64,000 nucleotides of DNA from the human T2T-CHM13v2.0 reference genome, Homo sapiens (GCF_009914755.1 NC_060929.1), one strand, 5' to 3'; positions 44,389 through 60,057 are shown, counted from the first letter of the stretch. Program-made: numbers and translations. Notes: generated by a model from the sequence alone, not told the origin.

Positions 44389-44628
44389 CACAAACACGAG
44401 ACCCCGCTGCCCACTCCCGACGGAGAGGTAATTCCACAAACACGAGACCCTGCTGCCCACTCCACAAACACGAGACCCCGCTGCCCACTCCCGACGGAGA
44501 GGTAATTCCACAAACACGAGACCCCGCTGCCCACTCCCGACGGAGAGGTAATTCCACAAACACGAGACCCCGCTGCCCACTCCACAAACATGAGACCCCG
44601 CTGCCCATTCCCGACGGAGAGGTAATTC
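44389..44628. repeat. Higher-order minisatellite: (46+28+46) bp x2
   Basis: Long unit cacaaacacgagaccccgctgcccactcccgacggagaggtaattc. The short unit is its first 28 nt. Period is 120. Confidence 0.96.
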
Positions 44629-45838
44629 CAGGTCAGTGGCATCCAGCCTTCCCCGGCCCCCAGGCCCCCAGCTGCCACCAAGAAACACTCTTTGTAGGGG
44701 TCCTGCCCCACTGGGGTGCAGAGGTACATCCCCCAAGGCCCAGCCCCGCAGGAAGCCCTTCCTCTGCAGCCATTCTTGAAATCACCTCCAAGAAAAAAGA
44801 AATGCTTCAGCTTCCAAAGATATCCCCAGGCAGGAAATGGGCCGCAGGCAGCATGAATGTTTAATTACGTTAATTGTCCAAGTCCAGCGCACATCATCCC
44901 TCCTAAGTACCTTATGGGAAATCGTAATTAGGCGTGAAATGGCTCATTTTCACAACTCCCCTTTCTCGGGGTTCTCCAGGGCGCATGCCCCTGTCAGCTG
45001 GCCGGACAGGCCTCTCTTGCCAAGGCTTACCCTCCTTGGTTCTAATTTAATTTTGTGACCTTTTCTCTCGACATCCTGACCCCGTACATCCCTGCGCCTT
45101 GGCACACTGCACCAAAGCACCATAGAATTACTGAGCTATAAGCCTCTCATGGAAATCTGTTTTTGACTTTGTTAGAAAACACTATAATCAAATCCCTGAG
45201 AGTCAGGAGGGATGGGCTTGGCCTGCCAGAGGAAACATATCACCGGATTAAGTGATTTAGCAGAGGTGGTCCCGGCAGGAGGAGGGCAGGGCAGGCTGGG
45301 CAGGGCTGGGCGTGAGGTGGGCAGGCAGGGTGCCCTCGGGGGCAAGGGGGGAGGGGATGCGCAGAGGCAGAGGATGGGCAATGTGGGATTACCAGAAAGT
45401 GCGGTCTGGACATCCCAGGGCCTGCAGGCTTCCTGAGTGCCTACCTGGCCCTGGGCACTCACAGGGCATTGATGCCGAGATGCTCAGCTGTGCAGAGGGT
45501 GTGCAGGTCTGGTGGTCACTTATGCGCTCCAGGGCCTGCTTCTGCTGATGCCAGGGCAAGACCCAGCCTCAAACACACATCAAATACATACGCTTGACGT
45601 TATGCCCGGGAGGGCTGTGCACACAGGCACACAGAGACGGTGAGACTTGGGGATACTTGGGTCCAGTTACTGTCACCTTGGGTCTCACTTCTGGGAGCGT
45701 GGATTTGGCTGGCACCACTGCACTGCGGTGTGTCTGCGTCTATACAGACTTCCTCCATTTCACGCATGTACCTAAAACATACCACCATTCATGTACTGTC
45801 AGGCACTCTTTCATTTTGTAAAACAATAGGGTTATCAA

Positions 45839-46140
<302 letters not shown>

Positions 46141-46214
46141 CTACCAAAAGATGAGAGGGACCCAGGCCTGTATTGCACATCCACATCAGTGACAGTGTAA
46201 TGGTACGCAGACCC

Positions 46215-46670
46215 CCTCCCCGCATGCACACGCATTCTGAAATAAGCCAGGCCCAGAAGGACAAATACGGCACTCGTCCACTCACATGAGGATCTGTAAT
46301 CAAACGCATGAAAGCAGATGACACCATAGAGGCTGCCAGAGCTGGGGGAGCGGGAAATGGGGAGTTGCTGTTCAATGGGTGTAAAGTTTTAGTGATGCTG
46401 GACGAGTAAGTACTAGAGGTCTGCTGTACAACGTTGTGCCTGTAGCTGACCATGTGGCACTGTGCACTTCGAAATTCTCTGAGAGGTCTGAGCTCACGTT
46501 AAGTGTTCTTTCCACAAAAGCAAACAACAACAGCAACAGAAATGAAGTGACAGAAGGAAACCGTGGGAGAAGACGAGTGTCTACCGCCTCGATGTGCTGA
46601 TGGCGTCCCGGTGTCTGCACAAATCCACACTTGCTGAACTGTAAGGGGCCGGTGACCTCTACAGTCGCCT
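46215..46670 (+). mobile_element. L1MA/MB-type 3'UTR
   Basis: gaaataagccaggcccagaaggacaaatac, ggggagttgctgttcaatgggtgtaaagttt, gttaagtgttct. Confidence 0.8.
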
Positions 46671-46877
46671 ACCATGGCGAGCATAAACTTGCAGAGAAGA
46701 GGATGAGAATTCTGATAATAGGACAAATCAAAGCTTAACAAGTAATTAAAGGACAAATTGGTGCATATAACAAGTCGTTCCCTGTCTCGCAGCTGACATG
46801 GATCAATGTCCAAAATTTTTATCCAAATTGTTATAAATACACATGAGAGTCTTCTCGGTGCAGTGAATAGTGAAGTC

Positions 46878-47063
46878 AGCAGAGGCAGTGGCTCACCCCT
46901 GCAGTCTCAGCACTTTAGGAGGCCGAGGGGGTAGGATCACTTGAGTACCAGAGTTAGAGGCTGCAGTGAGCCATGATTGTGCCACTGCACTCCAGCTGGG
47001 GCCACAGAGCGAGACCCTGTCTCTAGGAAAAAAAAAAAGAAAAAAGAAAAAGAAAAAAAAAGA
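46878..47063 (+). mobile_element. Monomeric Alu (FRAM/FAM-like)
   Basis: A single ~165-bp arm followed by an A-rich tail. Confidence 0.8.
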
Positions 47064-47439
47064 GGAAATTAGCCAATATCCCAGAGAGTGAAGGCAGAAC
47101 CCGTATCAGCTTTTGCCAAAAATGAGAACTCCACAGTTGCCTCCGCATTCTGTCTTTTAAAAAGTGTCAATTTTACATTATGAAATAGAGTGCATCTTTT
47201 TAAAGTAAAATCGATGCTCCAGGAAGATATTCCACGTTTATCCTGGACTTTGGTGCCCTCTCGACACTTGGTTTTGATTAAATTAATCCAAACTCCAGTT
47301 TGCTAAGCCAGTGCACCTGTGTGCGGCTGTTACATTGCACCAATGTTTTATCAAATCTCCGACTATGCCCAAGTGCGGCGCCATGGAAGCCACACGGGAT
47401 CCCTGACAGACAGAAACATCCATACTGCTCTTAAGGTGG

Positions 47440-47850
47440 CTCAGGCACTGTTCCAAGCACCTCGTCTATAGTTGCCCACTGATTCTTCGCAGCAGCTGTG
47501 TGAGTTAGCTGTGATGCTTATCTTCATTCTGCAGATGGGGAAACTGAGAAAGGCTATCCCAATTTCACACTGCTCGGAAGTGTCAGAACCAGGATATGAA
47601 CCCTGGCATGGCTACCAAGAGTCTGTGCTCTTGAACGCTGTGCTAGGCCACTCCTTCTGGGGCTGTTACATTTTAACTCTGACATGTCAAGCAAATCACT
47701 ATAAGTTTATTGAGTCATTTCTTAGCTGCTTCATCTGTAAAGTCAGGTGACAATGGCTGCAGGTCCTGCCACTCAGACGATTCCCACGCGTGTCTGTATC
47801 AGGATGAGGATGAGTAGATCGGTAAAGTGCCTTGTAGACTGTGATGATCA
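47440..47850. mobile_element. Two MIR fragments in opposite orientation
   Basis: cattctgcagatggggaaactgag (minus) and gcttcatctgtaaag...gtaaagtgcctt (plus). Confidence 0.65.
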
Positions 47851-48502
47851 TATTTTTGTCTTTGATTCCACTGCCAGCACAATACCTTTTTTTTTTAATA
47901 AAGGGCTGTTGAACTGCAATTCCCATGTTTGTATACATTCTTCTTCTGTTTCTTTGGTTAAAGTTTCAAGATTCTCTTAGGGTTCAAATGTTTAAATTTC
48001 AAATCCTTTGGCTCATCTGACTAATTACAAGCATAAAATATGGCATTTCCAACAAGTCTGGAGAATGGAAGCACATGAAATTATGCACGACCATGAGCAT
48101 CTGTGTCGGGAGGCGGGAAGGCGTTCACCCTTCAAACTCAAGTGAAAAAGGTTTGCCGTAGTTAAAGGCTGCTGACAAATAACTACTGTTCTGAGAAATC
48201 ACCACTGTTTACTGGGAGAATCGTTTTTCAGCAAATATATCAAGAAAAGTAAATATCAAGTATAATTTGCAGAGTTGCAGATAACTCCACATTTTGGAAT
48301 AAAAAACTTCTGTGTCTGTGTACAAGTGTGCAAAACACAGCAGAGACATTTTTCTTTCCAATCCTGCCTAAATACTGACTGAACATCATCAGTGCCATCT
48401 CCCATGACTGTGACAGTGTATCTTGTGTGTATGTGTTGTATCATATTATCTGCTTTGTTAAATGCTATGCTTGTTAAAATGTGTCACATTAAAAACAAAA
48501 AC

Positions 48503-48848
48503 AGCCCGGGCATGGTGGCTCACGCCTGTAATCCCAGCACTTTGAAAGGCTGAGGGTGGGGGAGGGTGGATCACGAGGTCAGGAGTTCAAGACCAGCCTG
48601 GCCAACATGGCAAAACCCTGTCTCCTCTAAAAAATACAAAAATTAGCCAGGCGTGTTGGCAGGCACCTGTAATCCCAGCTACTCGGGAGGCTGGAGGCAG
48701 GAGAATCGCTTGAACCCGGAGGGAGAGGTTGCGGTGAGAGGAGATTGTACCATTGCACTCCAGCCTGAGTGATAGAGTGAGACTCCGTTTCAAAACAAAA
48801 CAAAATGAACAAACAAACAAAACAAACAAAAACAAAAAAACAGAAACA
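48503..48848 (+). mobile_element. AluSg-like with (AAAC)n tail
   Basis: ggatcacgaggtcaggagttcaagaccagcctggccaac. Confidence 0.9.
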
Positions 48849-51621
48849 CACACTACACTGACTACACTGAAGCCCTCAAGCCGCTGAGCAGCCATCTCCA
48901 GGTCCCCAAGGACCAGGCACCAAGGTCTGGGGGTGGCCCAGCATCCATTCTCCCCTTTCTCAGAGCAGCAGCCCAGTGTTATTTCCTGGAATTCCTGGAA
49001 CCCTGCATGCACACAGCCCTCCCCAAGCCAAACATCCTCTCCCTCACAGAGTGTGGGATTTGAGCCGCAGGAGCCAGAAGAGGAAAAGGTAGTGGTGTCA
49101 CTAAACACCTGGTCACAATGGTTAAGACCCTCCTGTGTCCAGGACCCCGACTGCCAGGCCCTTCCACAGCCCGACTCCCCGTGGACTCTGCAGGTTTCCT
49201 AATGTCCTCCCAGTAACTCTTCCTGGCTCAGGGCAGCTGGACTTCATGCAAGCTCTCTGCCAGAAGAGACCCTCTCCTGCCACAGGCGCCCTCCCCATCA
49301 GATGCCAGAGATATCACCAGCCCTCGAGGCTTAACCCCTGCTCTGTGGGGGATTCCTGCTGCTCTGCCTGAATTCACCCAGGTGGGCAGTCCTCAGGTGA
49401 CTTCTCCAGCTCTGCATGGAGAAGGCCTCACCATGCATCTCAGAGAGAAGTGGAGGCTGCACCCCCACAGGAAGTGGGGCCCAGTCCACCGTGCCCTGGA
49501 CGCTGCTCATCCACTAGGACTGGGCTTCCGTGTGCAGGGCTTCACCCTCGCTCTCCTCTCTGCCTGCTCCACACCTGCTGCTTTGACCTCCATGACCATG
49601 GACCTGCTGACAGGTGCCCCCCCACCCACCTCCAGCCTGCACCTCCCCAGGCTCCAGACCCCGCCCCCTGCTGCCTGCAACTGCCCCTGGGGTGTCACAA
49701 GGCACCTTCATGCCAACAAGTCCCAAACAAACCTGTCACCTTTCCCTACCCCAACCCATCAGCCATTGCTGCTGTGCCCATCTCATCTCCACATCCAAGG
49801 AGTCACCGCATCCTGGCACCTTCCCCATCTCCCCGTCCATGATGAGCTCAGCCCCTCCCTCTACCTGGATGCAGCAGCCTCCTCCCAGACCTGGCCCCAT
49901 CCGCTGCTGCTCCCTGCCCTTCACTCCCTGTAGCTCGAGTCCTCACCTGAGCTTGCCCCCATTAAAATCCTCTGTACCTCCCTCTTCCCAAGCCTAGCAG
50001 ACCCGTGCGGGAGTGCGAGCACACTGGCTAGGGCCTCCTGATGGGCCTGACCTGCCTGCCAACCCTCCCAGGGACCTGCTCATGTTCCCGCAACGCCCTT
50101 ACAGCCATGGGTCCGAGAAAACACTGCTCACTCTGCCCAGAATGCCTGCCCTGCCCTTTCTGGCAGACTCCTATTCAGTCTTCAAAACCCAGCTCCCAGC
50201 TCGTTAGGCCCGCAAAGAGAGCAAGTTACTCTCTCTCCTAGACTCAAGCACCCTGTGCTTCCTTCTTTTAAACCACTGATCATGCAGAAGTATAAGCTCA
50301 CCAGTTTCCAAGTCCCCTAACCAGACCATGAGCTCCAGGGGTAAAATCATGCATCAGATTCATCTCTGGGTCACCTGCCTTGGCTGAGAGGAGGCTCATG
50401 AAGGTTTGGCACAATGGGATGAAGGAATAGACAAGGAGCAAGAATACGAGCTCATCCTCATGCCTCAGAATAGCATGAAATGCTCAGGGTGTGTGGGACA
50501 GAACTGACGCCTTCACACCAATGGAGCCAGGTGCCAGCCTATGTGTGTCCAAGTCCTACCAAGTCCCAGGCTGCATGGAAATCAGAGGGACCCCAAATCG
50601 AATGAGCGAGGGGCCCTTAAAGAAACTCACCTGGCCCCTTTGTCTCAGGTCCTAGGGGTTGGTGCTGCCAGGAACTCTCATAGGAGAGGGCCTTGTTCCC
50701 ACCTAGTCCCAAGCATCTGAGCAGGGCCAACGAAAGTGCTGGTAGGCCAGGCCTTGCCCTGGAGAGGAAGGGCAGAGAGGAAGGAGAGGGGAAGCGGGGT
50801 GGACCACCTCTGCTCAGACCAAAGGCAGAATCCAGTGCTGATGGTTGCCAATAGGGTCCTCTCTGTTGCTGGGCCCCCATGAACCATGTGAGCCCTGCAC
50901 AGAGCTCCTGCTAGATCCTGGGGGTCTCCCTGCACTGGGATTGCTCCAACAGTGCCCCCACCCTCAGGGCATGGGTTGCCCTCTGCATCTGGCCAAGTGC
51001 CTTCCCAGACACCCTGCAGCCTCAGCCTCCTGTGACCACTCATGTCCACCTAGCCTGGTCCTGGTCCCAGGTGCCCTCCTGGTCTAGCTGCCACTAAACA
51101 GATGAGAATCTCCCTCCCATCCCAGCCCTGAAATATGCTCAGCCTCAAAGCCTCTTGGCACATCTCAGCTTCCAGATGTCCTGTGCCTTGTGAGATATTA
51201 ACCACACTCTGCCTAGCCCTCTGCCATGAGGTCAGCTCCGCTCCCAGGCAGGGGGAAGAGCTGCCTTGGGAGCAATGATGGGCATCGTCCCTCTGTGCTG
51301 TGTTTGGGGTCTTCCCTCCCTCCAAGTCCTGGACTTTGGGCCCAGAAATCACTTTCCCTCCCTCCTCTCTGAGCACACAAAGGGCAGGACTTGTCTTCAG
51401 GTGCTTGGGGAAGAGGGACGCCAATTGTTCCAGCCACTCCCGTAAGGGTGAACCAGGAGACTAACCATCAAATTCACCAGGAAATCCCAACCTCCAGGCC
51501 CTGACTGAGGCCCTAAGACCCAAGCAAGCAATATCAATGAAAGCCAGAGGTGCTTAAGGTGGGGAACAAGAATGAGCTGTCAGAGGCCTCTGATAAAGAA
51601 TCGTTTAAAAAGACTTTCTTT

Positions 51622-52629
<1,008 letters not shown>

Positions 52630-53994
52630 GTGTCACTTCAGCTACTCTCAAGAAAGGCTTCGTCACCTGGATCCAGTCGCGTCAGTTAAGCGGTGCTGCC
52701 CAGCTCTGGGAGGCTGGGGGAGATGAGGCGATGTGTGATTCTCAAGGTCAGCATGTTGGAAAGTCTAGCAGGGTTTAATGAGGACGGAATTAAAGGAGAC
52801 GGGGCCTGATGAGGGGCTCTGGGCCTCTCTGTGTCCCTGTCTGCTTTGTCTGGAAAATGGTGAAAGGAAGGAGGCATCTTGGAGCATCTGTGTCCTCTGG
52901 TTTTCCTTGATCCCTGGATTCACCAGGACACAAAAACCCAGTGCTTCTTGTACTGCAAGGTGCTTGAGAAAGGAAGAGCAAACCCACAAGCTGAAGAGTC
53001 CCAGGCAGCCATCGCTCCCGACACGCACGCCGCAGTGTAGCTGTGGCTCCTGAGAACGGCGGTGTTAAAGGACAGTTACTTAACCAGAACTTGGGGTCCC
53101 CCTGCCCCGCCCCACGGAGGCCTTGAACATCCTACAATAAACACACACCGAAGCCATGTTCTTGGAGAGACTTTGGGGAGGCTGTGCACTCTGGAAACAG
53201 CCAAGCTGTTCTGTGGCTTGGAAGAAACAAGCAGTTCCATCCACTCTGGGCTCACAGATATTCCTCCTGAGCTTGAAGGAAGCCACAGTGGAACTTGGAG
53301 CTGCTCTAGTTCTCTGGAACATGCAGCAGGTGGAACCGCAGACGTCTCTCCAGGGAGCTGAGTCCCGGTTTTCACCTGCTGGGTGTCCACGGATTCACCC
53401 CCAGCTACTGTGTAGGGGCCAGCTCCCCTCAGGGACTGCTCCTGGGAGACCGTGGGAGTCACCGCAGCTCCCTGCTCTGTGGAGCGGCCACGCTAGCAGA
53501 AGGAACAGAGGGTGCCAGTGCTCTGAGTATGCCGGAGGGCAGTGAGTGCTGCGGGAAGGGGCTGGAGGGCACAGGGTCTGCGAGTGCCAGGGCAGGTGGT
53601 GCGGGGGGAGCTGTCTACAAAGCCTTAGAGCGCCAGGGTAGGTCCCACTGGAAGGGAACATGCAAACAAAGACTCGAATGAGGTGGGAGGGTGAGCTGAG
53701 GGTGTCTAGAAAGGGCATCCAGGCGGAAGGAGGACCCCATGTGGGGTTTTGAAAAGAAGGGCAAGGAGGCCCAGGATGGCAGGAATCAAGTGAGTGAGAA
53801 GGAAAATGGAGGCCACGGGGTCCCAGGGCGAGGCGCTGGGTCGTGTGGGGTCTGGTAGGTGGCCCGGGTGCTGGGTGCTGACTTCTGAGCTGAACGAAGC
53901 AGGAGCCACTGTGGGATTTCCAGCAGAGGACAGACATGATCCAGCAGAAGGCATCAAAGGATCCCTGACCACGGACCGCCCCAGGACCCTTCCA

Positions 53995-54230
53995 CCATAG
54001 TGCAGGATTCCTCTTACAGGAAATGCCCCAGTAGGCAGATCTAGAGAGGCAGGAAGTGGATGAATGGTTGCCTGGAAGGTGGTGGGGGAGGAAGGACGAC
54101 AGCTAAGGGGTGTGGGGTCTTTGGGGAGGGAGAAGATGTTGTGAATATAATAAAAACCATTGAATCGTACACTTTAAATGGGTGACCTGTATAGTATGTG
54201 AATTATATCTCAATAAAGCTGTTAGAGAAA
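53995..54230 (+). mobile_element. L1MB/MC-type 3' end
   Basis: tacactttaaatgggtgacctgtatagtatgtgaattatatctcaataaagctgtt. Confidence 0.8.
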
Positions 54231-54269
54231 AGAATCCCTGCTGCTGTGTTGAGGACACATGGGGGTGGG

Positions 54270-55180
54270 GAGGCAGGGAGGTCTGCTGGGGGCTCCCAAA
54301 GTCATCAGAAGAGGACAAAGGCTTGACGCAAGTGACAACCGTGGAGATGGTGAGAAGTGATCAGGGTCGGGGTGGATTTTGAAAGAAAACCTAAAAAGAT
54401 TTCTCAACAGGTTTCTCATCAGTGTGAGAGGAAGAGAGGGGTCAACCCTAACTGCAGAGCTTTGGCTGTGCAAATGGAAGGAAGGATCAGCCGTGCACAG
54501 AGCTGGGGAAGGCCGAGGGTGGAGTGCGGAGAGGGTGAGCGCGAGTTCAGTGAGGGGCGTGCTGAGGTGGTACTTCCAAATTGAGGTTGGCAAGTAGAGA
54601 AATGCCTTGGAACTTGGATTTGAAGAGTGCAGAGACAGATGAGGTGCAGATTCTGCTGGAGTCAGGAGCGTGGGCAATACAGAGAGCATGGAAGGTGGAG
54701 GGGCAGTTGGAATATGAGTCTTGGGTGCAGGAGAGAGATCTGGGCTGGAGACGCAAATCTGGGAGCCATTTCATGGTACATAAAGCAACAAGAGGAATGA
54801 GATCGCCCACAGAGGGGTGCAGAGGGAGACCAAGGAGCGTCCAGGACAGAGCCCTCGGCGCATCAACCCCAGAGGGTGCGGGAAGAGGAAGGATCAGCAA
54901 AGGAAACGGGGATGAACTGTGAGTGCTGTGATTAGACCAAGAAAGTGGGTGTCCGGTAAGCCACACCAAGGGAGCAGGAGGGACTAGCCTGCCACGTGCT
55001 AGGGATGGCGACTGAGGATTGGCAGGGAGATGCAGCAGCATGATGACCTCGGGGAGGGTGCCTCTGGCAGAGTGGCACACACAGAGGCCTGGTCCAAGTG
55101 GGGTTAAGACACAGTGAGAGGAGAGGAATCGAAGATGGCGTCTCCACCTAGGGGGTGCTGCTGAGAGAGCAAAAAGCTGG
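54270..55180 (-). mobile_element. L2 fragment carrying a non-L2 insert
   Basis: L2 motifs ggagatggtgagaagtgatcagg..gattttgaaag, gagttcagt, ggcagttggaatatgagtc..gatctgggctggaga. Confidence 0.75.
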
Positions 55181-56989
55181 GAGAGTAGGTGACAGACGAG
55201 GGAAGCCGTCAGGTGTGAATGCGGATAGGGAGCAGATGTTGGAGGTGTTCAGAGGACGGAAGATATGAAAAGTCATCTGGAAGGAGGCAAACAGACTGAG
55301 GGGAGCAGTCTGGCTGCTAGCGGCACCTTGCTGGTGAACATCATCGTAAGCAAGAGCAGAAGCAGGGCTGAGCTTTGTTCAGGGGTACCCGTGCCAGCAT
55401 GAAGTAGGTAGAAAGTTTCATTTTACCAGGACTAGGGCATTGTTCAGTAGATGTTACAAAGCAAGAGTGACTCCAATGAGGGAACCTGCAGTTTAAGACA
55501 AGGAGGCTGGGTAAGGGGTGGAGGGAAGGATCAGTGGTGTGAGAGACCGTGACAAGGCGGCAGCATCAATGGCCTGCAGGTTTGCTGGAGCACAGGTCGG
55601 AGCAAAAGGGAACCGGGAAAATAGAAGGTCATCAGAATGCAACACTGCAACGGATTATGCAGGTATAGGGGCCGCTGGCAAAAGAAGGTTTAAGGTATGA
55701 CCAAGGCCAAATCCAGTGGGGAGTCCTTTTTGGAAACCTTGACAGCTGTGGTCATGGTCGACCTCATGGGAAATTTTGCAAACTTGATCCTGTGTCAAAT
55801 GAGTTCCCGTGACGCGTGTCAGTGCGTGTGGATCTTGCTGTTTGGGGGAGGGCAGAAACTCTGCAGACCCCATGCCTTGCCGCCCTCGACCCTGATACGC
55901 GATGCCAATAGACACACTGCTGCGGAAACCATAAACGTCACCAGATTCAGAGCTTGAGCCCACCTCTCCCAGAGGTTTTGTCCGGTAAAGGGAAGAGGAA
56001 CAGGGTTCAACTCTCCTGGCAGAACTCTATGGATGCCGCAGAAGACAACGTTAATGAGCTTGGCTTAACTTACAAGGGATTTCCGGTTTTGTGAAAGAGG
56101 AGGAAACTCAAATCTCAGGAGAGTTTAATGGCAGGAGTGAGCTTGAGTGTTGGTTTCCCTAATAGATGGGTTTAGCTGCATGGGTGAGGTAGACCAAGGC
56201 CCTCTGTAGAATATGCTGGAGAACAATGATTCAAGACTACAAAGAAACTGAAGTGTGAGCGGAAGATAGGAGTGAACCTTCGAGAACCGGAGGCCATGCC
56301 ACTGCCTTGTTTCGGGTGGAGGAACAAAGCCTTGTCACTGTGTTGCCAGGGACAGAGTGCAAGGTGCCTGGAAGCTCCTCGGGAACGTTAGCTGTGTCCC
56401 TCATCGCAGGCAATGGGACCCTGCACCAGTGGCCAGTACCTGCTGCCCCAGCCAGCCTCTGTGAGGCACACACTGCCAGAGATGACCTCACGCTGGTGGA
56501 AAACGAGGAGACAGCAGATCAACCCAGCCGGGCTTCCACGTCCAGCAAAACGAGGCGAGTTCGGGTTGTTATTCTGCTCTTTCATGAGTCAGGGCTTTGG
56601 GCCTCACTGCCTTCCAAACAGAGTCAAAATCAATTTGATGTTCAAAACGACATGAAAATTGCCATGTCAAAGGCCATTCTGTAATTTCAGTGTATTAAAA
56701 TCAAAAGAGCACAGCCTTCTTGAAGAAGTTTCCTTTGGGCAGAATTCAAGTTTCCTCTTTCTTTTACTTGTGCAATTTGAATTTATTTCACTTTTTCAGG
56801 AAGTGACCATTTTTGCAAGAAAAGTGTAGTCAAAAGAGATAATGCACATGAAGTTTCTTTTTAAGTTCTGAGTATGTCGAAGAGATTTACAGTGCATTAA
56901 AATAAACTATAGGCAAAATAGTGTGTGTACCTATCTCTACGCATTTTTTAAAAGGGGCAAGTGGGGGACCATCTTGTTGATTTTTCACA

Positions 56990-57445
56990 CCAGTAGCCCC
57001 TTTCCGCCAGCGGGAAGGGCCTTGCCCCACCCAATGTGTCTCTGGTGGATGGGTAATTCATGCCCATCCTACTCCCCAGTGGCTGTGGTGGGGGGGCACA
57101 TAGCCCACACCTGGTACTCAATGCCCTCAGCACAGTGATTGGTCCAGGGGGTGAACACATGACTGGAGTGAGACTAATCATGGGTCTTCCATGAGATCTG
57201 AACATTGGGAGAAAAAAATATTCCCTTCCTGGCTCAGTAAGCTCACAGCGTAGGCCTGGGGCTGCGTATGTGAAGAGCCAATCTGAGAAGGAAGTCTCTG
57301 CAGAAGAGAGCCAAGTCCTAGGAGGAGGAGAGACGCTGAGCCTTGGCAGCCTCGTGTGGGCCAGCGGTGCCTGCTGTCTTGCTCGCGTGTGCCAGCAAAT
57401 TTCCTTTTCTTGGCTTAATTGGATTTGGATCTCTAATTATACCTT
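56990..57445 (+). mobile_element. Old MaLR LTR (MLT1K/L-like)
   Basis: cacagtgattggtccagggggtgaacacatgact, aaatttccttttcttggcttaa. Confidence 0.45.
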
Positions 57446-60057
57446 GAATGACCCTGACATATCCGGTGTCTTCTACCTTCCTTATTGCTGTGGCCCTTTA
57501 AAAAAAGATTAGGAATCATCTGCCATGAGAATTCCACTTCTGGAATGGTGGTGAGAGGAGCCCCATGGACACATTCCCCTCAGAACAACCATAACTGGTG
57601 AAAAGTATTGAAAAGTCACCATCAACAACAATTTAAAGTCTCTAGAAATTATCCTAAGAGCACACAACAAACTAAGCAACATCATCTATTCAAGAAAATC
57701 AACCAAATCTTGGGAAGAAAAATCCCAGTAAGAACAGCAAGAATCGGTGGCACCTGAGCCATCACTTGCTCTCTCTTCCCCGCTTCTAGTCCTTCCAGTT
57801 CAGCTTATGGGGAGTTCCACTCTGGGGGTGTGTGGCCAAGAACACAGGGCTCCCTCTTCCCTCAGATCCCAGTCAAGGAATACAGTATTTCACCAGGATA
57901 GATGGGCCACCAGCGTTTCTCATCATCTCCAACTCCCAGTGACAGAGGGTAACTCCCTGCTGAGTGTGACCGAGAGGCCGGAGCACCTTCCTCCACTCAG
58001 CCCTAACTCAGGGCAGGAGCTCCGTCTCAGGTGCAGCAGGGCGAGAGTGCTGGGCTCCTAATCACCCTAAGTCCAGCCTGCTTGCTAGAAAAATATTCCA
58101 TGCTAGGGGGAGGCAAACCAAGAAGATCAGAGGCTACCTCCTGCCCAATACCTGGAGTGGTGGCTTCAGTGAAGATTCTGGCGGCAAGAATTTAAGAGGA
58201 GGCTGACAGCTCTATGAGAACAACAACCTGAACCACAGACCAGCTTATTTACTGGAAAAAAAAAAAAAATCAGGAGAACAGATCGTTATGAGGATCTCTT
58301 CCAGGGGGAGAATGAATTTCAAAGACTGGCCTCAAAATCATCCCTACCCAAATTTAATTGGATCAAACTATGTGACAATTTATGTCTCAGGACATTGTTG
58401 AAAATAATAGAGCAATCATCCCTCAATTAGTGAAGCCTAGTAGCTGGGTGTGATACCAAATGAAGCAGAGAGTGTAACAGACAGATCAGAGAAAGGGACA
58501 GTCATAGGGAGCCCTGCTGAAATCACTGTCATCCCGGGATGACCCTGCACACGCTCAAGGCTGTGCCCTCCAACAGCTGAGGCTTCCCACTGTGAAGAAT
58601 ACAGACTTCGTGAAAACAGTCTAACCAAATCAGGAAACAAATAAATACACAAACAACTGCAAACAGCCTCAGAGATGGGGGAGGGGAATCAGTATGCAGA
58701 GCTGCCACATGACCCAAAATGTCCAGTTTCACACAACAGAAACACAAATGACTCATTCACAGAAAAAAAGGCGGCAACAGACACTGCTGGTAAGAAAGCC
58801 CAGATGTCAGATGTAACAGCTGTCAGATTTTGCAGCAAAGATTTCAAAGCAGCCATTGGAAATATGTCTTTGAAAAAAGGAAACCATGCTTATGTAAAGG
58901 AGTGATGATGACAATATCTCATCAAATAAAGACTATCAATAAAGAGAAATTATAAACAAGAACCAAATGGAAATTCTGGAGTTGAAAAGCACCATAACTG
59001 AGAGGCTTAACAGTAGATTGGAACTGGCAGAAGAAAGAATCTTGAAAACAGATCAATAGACATTATGCAATTTGAAGGACACAGGGAAAAAAGAATGAAG
59101 AAAAGTAAACGGAACCTAAGAAAAATGTGGAAACCATAAAGGGCATGAACATATGCACAATGGGAGTCCCAGAAAGAGGCAAGTGAGTATAAAGGAGCAG
59201 AAAAGATGGAAGAAACAGTGGCAAAAAGCTCCCTAAATTTGGTGAAAAACATTAACCTACGTGTCCAAGAAACTCAGCAAACTTCAAACGGGATAAATGC
59301 CAAGAGATCCACACCCAGAGACATCATAGTAAAAATGCCGAAAGCCAAAGACAAAGAGAAAATTCTGAAAGCAGCAAAAGAAAAATGACTTGCCACATAT
59401 GTGGGAATCCCAGTGGGATTTCCAGCCGACTTCTCCTAATAATGGAAGCCAGAAGGCAGCAGAATGGCATATCCAATGTAAAAAAGCTGTCAACCAAGAA
59501 TCTTTCTCCAGCAGAACTATTTTTCAAAATTAAGGTGCAATATAGACAGTCCCAGATAAGTAAAAACAGAGAATTATGAGTAGACCCATTTTATCAGACA
59601 TACTAAAGGAAGTTCTTCAAGCTGAAAGCAAGTGACCTCAGTTGGTAACTTGAATTCACACCCACACACATACAGTACCAGTAAAGGTAATCACGCAACT
59701 TTAAAAGACAATATAAATGGGTATTTCTTCTCTTTTCTTCCCTTAACTGGCTTAAAAAGCAATAATATAGAAGAAGATGTATATAATTGTATTATTGGGC
59801 CCATATAATATATAAATGTAATATATTTGACTAACAGCACAAAGCAGGTGAACAGAAACACAGCTACTGGAGTAAAGAAATGACACCAGATGGGAACTTG
59901 AATCCACCGCAACAAATGAAGAGAGCCAGAAATGGTCAACAGGAAGGCAAACTGTTGATATATATGTACTCTCCTCTCTTTTTTCAGCTTCTTTAAGCAT
60001 GAAATTATATAAAGCAATAATTACAACAATTGTTAGGTTTGTAGCATATATAGCTGT

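Noticed and set aside
44389-44628. Repeat-spacer-like pattern
   Set aside because: The apparent spacers are identical 18-nt extensions, so this is a higher-order minisatellite
55140-55160. CTCF-like site ccacctagggggtgctg
   Set aside because: Several mismatches to the core consensus, so it is not supportable from sequence alone
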